Assembly (NCBI GenBank): GCA_964546355.1
Contig: CAZJJM010000001.1
Span: forward strand, 1 to 44,431
Source: an uncultured Candidatus Saccharibacteria bacterium
GTDB taxonomy: Bacteria > Patescibacteriota > Minisyncoccia > Phycocordibacterales > UBA9973
DNA length: 44,431 bases
Direction of reading: 5' to 3'
In this document: piece after piece, positions 1 to 6,990 of the stretch
How positions within the stretch are numbered: the stretch's first letter is position 1
How the letters are laid out: each line of letters begins with the position of its first letter
The notes under the pieces: model-generated
Told to the model about the DNA's origin: nothing
The model's database searches: none
The model's input: only the letters and a program-made list of their open reading frames with translations
Position numbers and translations under genes: made by a program

Positions 1-16
1 GGGACTAGCATATATA

Positions 17-691
17 TTATTTCGTGTGTTTCTTATCTGCTTCAAAAACTTCGCCTCTATAAATCCATACTTTAATACCAATGACACCGTAAGTCAAGTA
101 TGCCTTCTCACGTGCGAAGTCAATATCAGCACGGAATGTTTGAAGCGGGATTGCACCACGCTTGATTTGTTCACTGCGGGCAATTTCTGCACCACCGAGA
201 CGACCTCCGAGAAGGATACGAACTCCTTTTACAGAACGATCTGCAATCACCTTTTCTACCATCTGTTTGAGTACACGACGGAAAGGAAGACGCTTTTCGA
301 GACCTTCTGCAACACTGTACGCCACGATAGTTGCATCTGCGTCAGGATTTGCTACTTCAACGATATCAAGCTTGAAATCTGAAGGAATTGCTACTTTGCC
401 TTTTGCGAGGAGCTTGAGGATGTTTGCTTTGAGTGTTGTAACACCTTCACCATTGCGTCCGATAATCATACCTGGACGTGATGTACGGATGATCACACGC
501 ATAGTCTTCTGGTTGCGTTCTATTTCGACACCTGAAACATAATATCCACGAAGTTTCTTTTGGATATATTCACGGATCAATACATCAGCCTGCAAGAGAC
601 TCTTGTACTTTCCTTGACTAGCAAACCAGCGAGACTTCCAGTCTCGGAGGACAACTAATCTATGTGCATATGGGTGGACGTTTTTTGACAT
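17..691 (-). CDS. rpsC: 30S ribosomal protein S3
   Basis: 224-aa ORF with S3 signatures (GRLGGAEIARSE, YGVIGIKVWIY). Follows rplV in S10-operon order. Confidence 0.95.
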   Translation of the reverse strand: MSKNVHPYAHRLVVLRDWKSRWFASQGKYKSLLQADVLIREYIQKKLRGYYVSGVEIERNQKTMRVIIRTSRPGMIIGRNGEGVTTLKANILKLLAKGKVAIPSDFKLDIVEVANPDADATIVAYSVAEGLEKRLPFRRVLKQMVEKVIADRSVKGVRILLGGRLGGAEIARSEQIKRGAIPLQTFRADIDFAREKAYLTYGVIGIKVWIYRGEVFEADKKHTK

Positions 692-710
692 AAAATCTTA
701 GATAATCGGA

Positions 711-1139
711 TTACTTGGTTGTTGTTTTCTTTACAGTGGTCTTTTTTGCAACAGGAGCTTTTTTCTTGGTCTTTTCTGTTACAGCTTCTGCCTTTACAGA
801 TTTTTCCTTTTTTGGAGCCATGATTGCGAGTTCGACGATCACATGACTGGTACGCTTGTTGATACGATATGCACTTCCTCGAGCACGTGGCATCATACGC
901 TTCATGATAAGACCTTTATCAACACGAACGTTTTTGACGATAAGTGTTTCAGGTGCAAATCCTTGCACGCCAGCATTTGCGACCGCACTCATGAGGAGTA
1001 CTTTGATCGGAAGTGATGAACGCTTCGCAAGGAAAGAAAGCTGTACTTCTGCGTCAGCGATCTTCTTGCCCTTGATCAAATCCGCTACAAGGCGAACTTT
1101 TCGAGGAGACTGTCTGTAATTGTTGAGACTTGCTTTCAT
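711..1139 (-). CDS. rplV: 50S ribosomal protein L22 (Lys/Thr-rich C-terminal tail)
   Basis: 142-aa ORF with SPRKVRLVADLIKG and MPRARGSAYRINKRTSHV. Operon position between rpsS and rpsC. Confidence 0.95.
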   Translation of the reverse strand: MKASLNNYRQSPRKVRLVADLIKGKKIADAEVQLSFLAKRSSLPIKVLLMSAVANAGVQGFAPETLIVKNVRVDKGLIMKRMMPRARGSAYRINKRTSHVIVELAIMAPKKEKSVKAEAVTEKTKKKAPVAKKTTVKKTTTK

Positions 1140-1163
1140 AATGATGTAATAAGATAGGGTGGA

Positions 1164-1511
1164 CTATTTTTTCTTAGTGTCAGTTGTTGAAGATTTTGCG
1201 GCTTTTGCAGCTGAGATTTCAGCTTCTTTCTTCTTTTGCTCTAGTTCTTTTTGCATTTTACCTCCATGACGGATGAATTTCTTCGTAGGAGAGAATTCGC
1301 CAAGACGGTGACCGACCATGTCTTCAGTAACAAGTACTTCAAGGTGTGATTTGCCATTGTGCACGCCAAACATGAATCCAATCATTTCTGGAGAGATTTG
1401 TGACGCACGTGCCCATGTCTTAATAAGCCCTGTTTCTATAGGCTTTTTTCCTTTGATTTTTGCCAAAAGGCGTTCATCAACATATGGTCCTTTTTTGAGT
1501 GATCTTGTCAT
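1164..1511 (-). CDS. rpsS: 30S ribosomal protein S19 (Lys-rich C-terminal tail)
   Basis: 115-aa ORF with KKGPYVD, HNGK and [13 protein letters not shown] motifs. Confidence 0.95.
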   Translation of the reverse strand: MTRSLKKGPYVDERLLAKIKGKKPIETGLIKTWARASQISPEMIGFMFGVHNGKSHLEVLVTEDMVGHRLGEFSPTKKFIRHGGKMQKELEQKKKEAEISAAKAAKSSTTDTKKK

Positions 1512-1619
1512 CCTGTTTTTTAGAGAAAGTCCGCGATGCGAACTATATTACACTGAGGTGCCTTCTGTGTAGAAGACACTAACTGCACTAATTAAAAAAG
1601 CCCAAGTGAGCTCAGGTCT

Positions 1620-1647
1620 ATAGTATCAAAATTAAAAATAAAGTCAA
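1620..1647 (-). promoter_or_regulatory. Candidate sigma70-type promoter restarting rpsS-rplV-rpsC
   Basis: Minus strand reads TTGACT, a 16-nt spacer ending in TGA, then TACTAT (extended -10). It lies about 110 nt upstream of the rpsS ATG and downstream of the dgkA terminator. Confidence 0.4.
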
Positions 1648-1766
1648 CTAAATAGACTAGGCGCTACTTGTCCGCCTTGGGCGGAGGCATTAATTATGGG
1701 AAAAATAGTATGTTAAAGCCAATTCTCCATACTTTTTCAAAAAAGTATACAAAAACCTTCTCGCGG

Positions 1767-1895
1767 TATTCATACAGACATACTCACGAAACTCATTCAT
1801 TTCTAAAACTATAAACTCGCTGAGTACAGCTCAAACAGTATAGTTTTTCCTTTAGAACAAAATGATTCGCTTGTTCGTATAGGTCTGTATGAATA
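1767..1895. other. About 129-nt extended imperfect hairpin (candidate structured RNA or palindromic element)
   Basis: 13-bp perfect outer stem 1767-1779/1883-1895 (tattcatacagac / gtctgtatgaata). Nested 9-bp stem 1805-1813/1839-1847 (aaaactata / tatagtttt). Apical gctg-agta-cagc. No ORF of 60 aa or more in 1573-2004. Confidence 0.4.
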
Positions 1896-1911
1896 ATGCG
1901 AACAACCATAC

Positions 1912-1939
1912 AAAAACCGACCGCTTGGTCGGTTTTTTT
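1912..1939. terminator. Bidirectional intrinsic terminator downstream of the dgkA-family gene
   Basis: aaaaaccgacc-gctt-ggtcggttttttt: 7-bp GC-rich stem flanked by A5 and T7. Confidence 0.75.
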
Positions 1940-2004
1940 AATGTAAGTCTACAGCAATAATCTGTATACAAATCATAGCAAATAGTATAGAAGATTATTC
2001 TTAG

Positions 2005-2379
2005 CTAAAATATATACGGCACAAACACAAACAAGCCAATCGCACATGCAACGAATACTGAGATGAGTACTGCGGCCGCAGCCACATCCTTGGTATCACG
2101 TGCAAAAGGATGAAAGTCAGGAGAGGTTAGATTGATATCTATTTCAATAGCAGTATTGAATGCTTCTGCAATAAGCACCATGCCGATAGCAATACAGAGT
2201 GCAATCCAATCTATACGAGAGATATGATAATACAGTCCTAATACAATCACCATGCCTCCTACGCACGCATGGAGGACAGCATTGGGCTGTGTACGGAAGA
2301 AAAGTCCCATACCTCGAAATGCATACGAGAAACTCTTTGCACGGGCACGTAAGGTATATCGCTCTACATCTTTTTTCAT
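2005..2379 (-). CDS. dgkA: Diacylglycerol kinase / undecaprenol kinase family membrane protein
   Basis: 124-aa ORF with 3 predicted TM helices. Prokaryotic DAGK signature AEAFNTAIEIDINL plus KDVAAAAVL. Confidence 0.8.
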   Translation of the reverse strand: MKKDVERYTLRARAKSFSYAFRGMGLFFRTQPNAVLHACVGGMVIVLGLYYHISRIDWIALCIAIGMVLIAEAFNTAIEIDINLTSPDFHPFARDTKDVAAAAVLISVFVACAIGLFVFVPYIF

Positions 2380-2401
2380 AGTGAAAGTATATCATGCATA
2401 T

Positions 2402-2432
2402 AAAAAACCCACACAATTTGTGTGGGTTTTTT
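2402..2432 (-). terminator. Intrinsic terminator between rplB and dgkA
   Basis: aaaaaacccacacaa-t-ttgtgtgggtttttt: 10-bp stem flanked by A6/T6, 11 nt after the rplB stop. Confidence 0.7.
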
Positions 2433-2442
2433 ATGAGAGATA

Positions 2443-3294
2443 CTACTTGCCCTTTCGTGTCTTGCCGACTTTTCGACGAGACACGATGAAGACGTTTGAG
2501 TATTTCTTTGGAGTACGAGTCTTCTGACCCTTGCCGGTTGGCTTACCCCACATGCTTTTCGCACGTCGGAGACCACGACCTTGTCGTCCTTCACCTCCAC
2601 CGTGAGGGTGATCAACTGGGTTCATGGCAGTACCACGAACGGTTGGGCGAATACCCTTCCATCGTGAACGTCCTGCTTTACCGAAGTTTACAAGTTTGTA
2701 TTCTTCGTTTGAAACAGTACCGATACATGCCCAGCAGTTCTCTGACACCTTACGGATTTCAGATGACGGCATTTTCAAGTTCGTGTATCCATCAGCATTC
2801 GCCACAACTTGTGCGAATATACCTGCAGAACGAGCAATTTTTGCTCCACCCTTTGGTTTTACTTCTACGTTGTACACGAATGTACCAACTGGAAGCAAAC
2901 GAAGAGGAAGACGATTACCCGGTGTTGCAGTTGCTTTGTCTGAAACGATGAATGAATCACCGACACGGAGTGTCTTTGGTGTTAGCACATAGCGCTTCTC
3001 ACCGTCAGCGTACGATACAAGAGAGATGAATGATGATCGGTTTGGATCATATTCAATCGTCTGAATCTTTGCTGGGATTTCGAATTTGTTGTAAGAAAAG
3101 TCAACATCACGATAGAGACGCTTGTGACCTCCGCCTTTGTGGCGAGTCGTAATACGTCCTTGGTTGTTGCGACCCACACTACGCTTCACACCTCGTGTAA
3201 GCGGTTTGTATGGTTCTGACACAGTCAATACGTTTTTGTACGTATTGGTCGTCATATTTCTTCGTGATGGACTTGTTGGTTTATATGATTTCAT
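2443..3294 (-). CDS. rplB: 50S ribosomal protein L2
   Basis: 283-aa ORF with GRNNQGRITTRHKGGGHKR and MNPVDHPHGGGEG motifs. Confidence 0.97.
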   Translation of the reverse strand: MKSYKPTSPSRRNMTTNTYKNVLTVSEPYKPLTRGVKRSVGRNNQGRITTRHKGGGHKRLYRDVDFSYNKFEIPAKIQTIEYDPNRSSFISLVSYADGEKRYVLTPKTLRVGDSFIVSDKATATPGNRLPLRLLPVGTFVYNVEVKPKGGAKIARSAGIFAQVVANADGYTNLKMPSSEIRKVSENCWACIGTVSNEEYKLVNFGKAGRSRWKGIRPTVRGTAMNPVDHPHGGGEGRQGRGLRRAKSMWGKPTGKGQKTRTPKKYSNVFIVSRRKVGKTRKGK

Positions 3295-3382
3295 GTAAGT
3301 AATGCTTTTTCGAATAAGGCTTTCTCGAAAAATGAATAATGATTCTGTGCGAGTGCCTACCTCGTATCAGATGCTACAAATA

Positions 3383-3727
3383 TTATGCAGCAAGATCTAT
3401 CGTGTCGCCTTTTTTGAGGAACACCATAGCTTTTTTACTACCAGATTTTGTTCCTATTTTTCCTCGAACGAATACCATTCGTGGCTTGGTGACTACAGTT
3501 GTAATCTTCACAGGAACAACATCGTACTTCAACATGATCGCTTTTGCAATCTCTGTCTTAGTCGCATCGCGTGCCACATCAAATGTGAACGCGTTCTTTT
3601 CTGTCATAACAGAAGCCTTTTCGGTTACACGTGGTCCGATCAAAATATCACGGGTAAGTGTGTACTTCTTGGCAGTTGCTGTTTTTGAGGCAGAAGAATC
3701 TTTTTTTGTTTTCTTTAAGAGTGCCAT
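3383..3727 (-). CDS. rplW: 50S ribosomal protein L23 (Lys-rich N-terminal extension)
   Basis: 114-aa ORF with a PRVTEKA motif. Operon position between rplD and rplB. Confidence 0.9.
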   Translation of the reverse strand: MALLKKTKKDSSASKTATAKKYTLTRDILIGPRVTEKASVMTEKNAFTFDVARDATKTEIAKAIMLKYDVVPVKITTVVTKPRMVFVRGKIGTKSGSKKAMVFLKKGDTIDLAA

Positions 3728-3739
3728 ATAGGTGTTACA

Positions 3740-4417
3740 CTACGCGCGCTTTTTTGTGGCCATACGGCTTTCCAAAAATGCGAGACTTGCGGTTGGGTTG
3801 GTAATAATAAGATATTTATATCGCAATACATCCACCGGGTTGATATCTTTGACGAGATCAACTGCAACTTGTGGGAGATTACGAAAACTCTTTTCGACAG
3901 TGTCATTCTTTGTATCAAGAACAAGGTGCGCCATAGTCTTCTTCGCAGAAGCAAGGCGATCAAATCCTTTGATTGATGAGAGTGCTTGGAGAACAGTATG
4001 TGCGTTTTTTGTTTTTGTTTCAGCAATATCAAGTGTATCCACGAAGAGTACTTCACCATGACGCATTTTCTCAGCAAGAGCAACATAGAGAGCTTTGACA
4101 CGCATCTTTTTGTTAATTTTCTTACTGTAATCTTTGTCATTACGAGGTCCGTGTGTGACACCTCCGCCCACCCAAATCGGTGAACGAGATGATCCATGAC
4201 GAGCGCGGCCAGTACCCTTTTGTTTCCATGGCTTCTTACCACCTCCAGCGACTTCACTTCGATCTTTCGTATGAGCAATCGGTGTACGCTTGTTGGCTTC
4301 CATAGACACCACTACTTGGTGTACAAGATCTGCATTCCACTTCTCTCCGAAGATTGATTCTGGGAGTGAGAGAGTACTCACTTCTTTTCCTTTTTGGTTG
4401 TATACTTTTGTTTCCAT
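3740..4417 (-). CDS. rplD: 50S ribosomal protein L4
   Basis: Track ORF 3740..4507 trimmed to ATG 4417 (METKVYNQKGKE), 10 nt after the rplC stop. Contains GGGKKPWKQKGTGRARHGS. Confidence 0.93.
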   Translation of the reverse strand: METKVYNQKGKEVSTLSLPESIFGEKWNADLVHQVVVSMEANKRTPIAHTKDRSEVAGGGKKPWKQKGTGRARHGSSRSPIWVGGGVTHGPRNDKDYSKKINKKMRVKALYVALAEKMRHGEVLFVDTLDIAETKTKNAHTVLQALSSIKGFDRLASAKKTMAHLVLDTKNDTVEKSFRNLPQVAVDLVKDINPVDVLRYKYLIITNPTASLAFLESRMATKKRA

Positions 4418-4427
4418 AGTGTAATTC

Positions 4428-5039
4428 TTATCCTTGTATTTCAAGTACAGTACCGCGTCGACCTGGGACAGCTCCCTTAATAAGGAGGCGGTTGTTAACT
4501 GCATCAATGTGCACGACTTTTAGATTTTTTACAGAAACGAGGTCAGTACCCATGCGACCCGCCATACGCATACCTTTTGGTACACGAGTACGGAGACCAC
4601 CACCGATAGAACCTGGCTTACGTTCTGAGTGCTTACGACCGTGAGATCGTTTGTCACCAGCAAATCCATGACGCTTCACCACACCTTGAAATCCTTTACC
4701 TTTTGATACACCAATCACACGGACTGTGTCTCCTGCAGTAAATGTATCAACAGTAACACTATCACCTACAGCAAGTGTCGGCATGTCACCTTTGATACGG
4801 ATTTCTTTCAATGTTTTAAATGCACCAAGGTCTTTCAAGTGACCAAGAACGGCCTTTGAAAGACGTTCTTTTTTTTGAGTACCAAAACCAACTTGTACAG
4901 CTGTATAGCCGTCTCGTTCTTCGGTTTTGATTTGAGTCACTGTAATAGGACTCGCTGTTACCACAGTTACAGGAACGACTTCGCCGTTCTCCATAAAATA
5001 CTGGGTCATATGTTGTTTTGTTCCTAGGATAAATTTCAT
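4428..5039 (-). CDS. rplC: 50S ribosomal protein L3
   Basis: Track ORF trimmed to ATG 5039 (MKFILGTKQHMTQYF). Contains GVSKGKGFQGVVKRHGF. Confidence 0.93.
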   Translation of the reverse strand: MKFILGTKQHMTQYFMENGEVVPVTVVTASPITVTQIKTEERDGYTAVQVGFGTQKKERLSKAVLGHLKDLGAFKTLKEIRIKGDMPTLAVGDSVTVDTFTAGDTVRVIGVSKGKGFQGVVKRHGFAGDKRSHGRKHSERKPGSIGGGLRTRVPKGMRMAGRMGTDLVSVKNLKVVHIDAVNNRLLIKGAVPGRRGTVLEIQG

Positions 5040-5056
5040 GTTCGGGAACGCAAGAG

Positions 5057-5090
5057 GAGACCAACGAAATGTATACACTTCGTCGGTCTC
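5057..5090 (-). other. Intercistronic mRNA hairpin between rpsJ and rplC
   Basis: 16-bp inverted repeat gagaccaacgaaatgt/acacttcgtcggtctc. Its two imperfect positions are A-C mismatches on the plus strand but G-U pairs on the minus-strand (operon) transcript. Confidence 0.5.
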
Positions 5091-5149
5091 ATTGCATCAA
5101 TAAATAATTGATAGAGTCACTATCTGGTATTCCAATGAATACAGAACTC

Positions 5150-5506
5150 TTAGAGCATTTTCACATCAATCTCAACTCCTGAAGGGAGACTGAGGTTGGT
5201 GAGAGCTTCAATGGTCTTCGGTGACGGATTCAAGATATCGATCACACGCTTATGCGTGCGAATCTCAAATTGTTCTCGTGAATTTTTGTACACGAAAGAT
5301 GCGCGATTAACGGTATATTTCTTAATCTCTGTTGGAAGCGGGATAGGACCGATCACGGTCGCATCATGACGAAGTGCGGTATCAATGATTTGTTTCACTG
5401 AGGCATCGAGAATTTTATTCTCATATGCACGTACACGTATTCGCAATTTTACTACTCCATCAGTAGACTGAGATTTTTTTGATACTTTCGCTTTTGTCGT
5501 AGTCAT
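5150..5506 (-). CDS. rpsJ: 30S ribosomal protein S10 (short N-terminal extension)
   Basis: Contains KLRIRVRAYENKILD and FEIRTHKRVIDI. Start set at ATG 5506. The track ORF begins at TTG 5518, so start uncertainty is 12 nt. Confidence 0.9.
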   Translation of the reverse strand: MTTTKAKVSKKSQSTDGVVKLRIRVRAYENKILDASVKQIIDTALRHDATVIGPIPLPTEIKKYTVNRASFVYKNSREQFEIRTHKRVIDILNPSPKTIEALTNLSLPSGVEIDVKML

Positions 5507-5557
5507 ATCAATGTTCAAGGGATGAAAGTCGCACTGTGCGTCTTTCAGTTCTTTGGT

Positions 5558-6754
5558 TTAAGCAATAATTTTTGTTACCACTCCAGCACCAACAGTCTTA
5601 CCTCCTTCACGGATAGCAAAACGTGTCTGGTCTTCAAGAGCAATAGGAGAAACGAGTTTTACTGTAAGTTTTACAGTATCACCTGGCATAACCATTTCTA
5701 CTCCTGCTGGAAGTGTCGCTTCACCTGTTACGTCTGTTGTACGAACGTAGAATTGAGGCTTGTATCCAGTAAAGAATGGTGTGTGACGACCTCCTTCTTC
5801 CTTTTTAAGGATGTACACTTCACATTCAAAGTCTGTGTGTGGAGTTACTGATCCTGCTTTTGCAAGCACTTGTCCACGAGTAAGATCTTCTTTCTTTACA
5901 CCACGGAGAAGGATACCAGCGTTGTCGCCTGCCATTCCTTCTTTCAATTGCTTGTTGAACATTTCGATACCAGTAACAGTAGTCTTTTGTGTATCTTTAA
6001 GACCAACGATTTCGATTTCTTCACCAACTTTTACGATACCACGTTCGATTTTACCAGTTACCACAGTTCCACGACCTTCGATAGAAAAGATATCTTCGAT
6101 AGGCATAAGGAAAGGTTTTTCTGTATCACGAACAGGTTCTGGGATGTATGTATCGAGTGCGTTTGCAAGTTCGAGTACTTTTGCTGCCCATGGATCATTG
6201 TTATCTGCTGATTCGAGAGCTTTGAGACCTGAACCACGGATAATTGGACAATTCTTATCAAAGCCTTGTTTTTCAAGGATTTCTCGGATTTCTTCTTCAA
6301 CGAGTTCGATCATATCTTGATCTTCAACCATGTCGCATTTGTTCAAGAACACCACGATCTTTGGAACACCAACTTGTTTTGCAAGAAGGATGTGTTCACG
6401 AGTTTGTGGCATTGCACCGTCTGTCGCTGCAACCACAATGATTGCACCGTCCATTTGCGCAGCACCAGTAATCATGTTTTTGATGTAGTCAGCGTGACCT
6501 GGAGCATCAATGTGTGCATAGTGACGAGTTGGTGTTTCGTATTCTGAGTGAGAAAGCGAAATGGTAATACCACGAGCTTTTTCTTCAGGAGCTTTGTCGA
6601 TATCACCAACACCTTTTGTTTGTGCTGAGTATCCATTACCTTGACGGTTAAGTACAGTCAAAATAGCCGCTGTAAGAGTAGTCTTACCGTGGTCAACGTG
6701 ACCGATTGTTCCCACGTTTACGTGAGGTTTTGTACGATTGAATTCTGCTGCCAT
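5558..6754 (-). CDS. tuf: Elongation factor Tu
   Basis: Track ORF 5558..6928 trimmed to ATG 6754 ([26 protein letters not shown]). Contains DAPGH and NKCD G-motifs. Confidence 0.97.
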   Translation of the reverse strand: MAAEFNRTKPHVNVGTIGHVDHGKTTLTAAILTVLNRQGNGYSAQTKGVGDIDKAPEEKARGITISLSHSEYETPTRHYAHIDAPGHADYIKNMITGAAQMDGAIIVVAATDGAMPQTREHILLAKQVGVPKIVVFLNKCDMVEDQDMIELVEEEIREILEKQGFDKNCPIIRGSGLKALESADNNDPWAAKVLELANALDTYIPEPVRDTEKPFLMPIEDIFSIEGRGTVVTGKIERGIVKVGEEIEIVGLKDTQKTTVTGIEMFNKQLKEGMAGDNAGILLRGVKKEDLTRGQVLAKAGSVTPHTDFECEVYILKKEEGGRHTPFFTGYKPQFYVRTTDVTGEATLPAGVEMVMPGDTVKLTVKLVSPIALEDQTRFAIREGGKTVGAGVVTKIIA

Positions 6755-6892
6755 ATAATATGTATGAGCATTGTATGGTGTATTACGAGCAAAAATGCTT
6801 ATATTACAACATAAATTACTAATTTCTAATAAGAATACTTGTTCGAAAACAAGTATGAAACAAAAACAAAACGCATTACTGCGAATAGAGTT

Positions 6893-6922
6893 ATCGTACC
6901 AAATATATGGACACCTTGTCAA
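6893..6922 (-). promoter_or_regulatory. Candidate promoter for tuf
   Basis: Minus strand reads TTGACA, an 18-nt spacer ending in TGG, then TACGAT. It lies just downstream of the 40-bp palindromic terminator and about 140 nt upstream of the tuf ATG. Confidence 0.4.
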
Positions 6923-6950
6923 ATACATCCACTGTGTACATACTCACTAC

Positions 6951-6990
6951 AGAATAAAAAAACACGAGATATCTCGTGTTTTTTTATTCT
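6951..6990. terminator. 40-bp perfect palindromic terminator overlapping the stop codon of the fibre-like gene
   Basis: agaataaaaaaacacgagat|atctcgtgtttttttattct, with A/T tracts on both sides. Confidence 0.75.

Noticed and set aside
1689-1802. A 37-codon minus-strand ORF (MNEFREYVCMNTARRFLYTFLKKYGELALTYYFSHN) within the S10-operon spacer.
   Set aside because: It is too short and has no recognisable motif or ribosome-binding context. It also overlaps one arm of the long hairpin. It is mentioned only as something ribosome profiling could test.
5811-6320. Numerous ORFs of 60-180 aa antisense to, or out of frame with, strongly conserved genes. Examples: 26..382, 162..542, 2496..2951, 3715..4278, 5811..6320, 10241..10777, 21197..21697, 33006..33650, 34517..34873.
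   Set aside because: They lie entirely within well-supported CDSs on the opposite strand or in another frame, have biased low-complexity translations and show no independent signals. They are shadow ORFs.
5558-6928. Long N-terminal extensions in track ORFs: tuf to 6928, rplD to 4507, rplC to 5078, rpsL to 15677, recJ to 25538, rnhA to 23037, SOD from 19264, S2P to 18216 and the fibre gene to 9692.
   Set aside because: The conserved N-termini begin at internal ATGs (for example [15 protein letters not shown] for EF-Tu). The upstream residues are low-complexity read-through of intergenic sequence or overlap the neighbouring gene, so the starts were trimmed.
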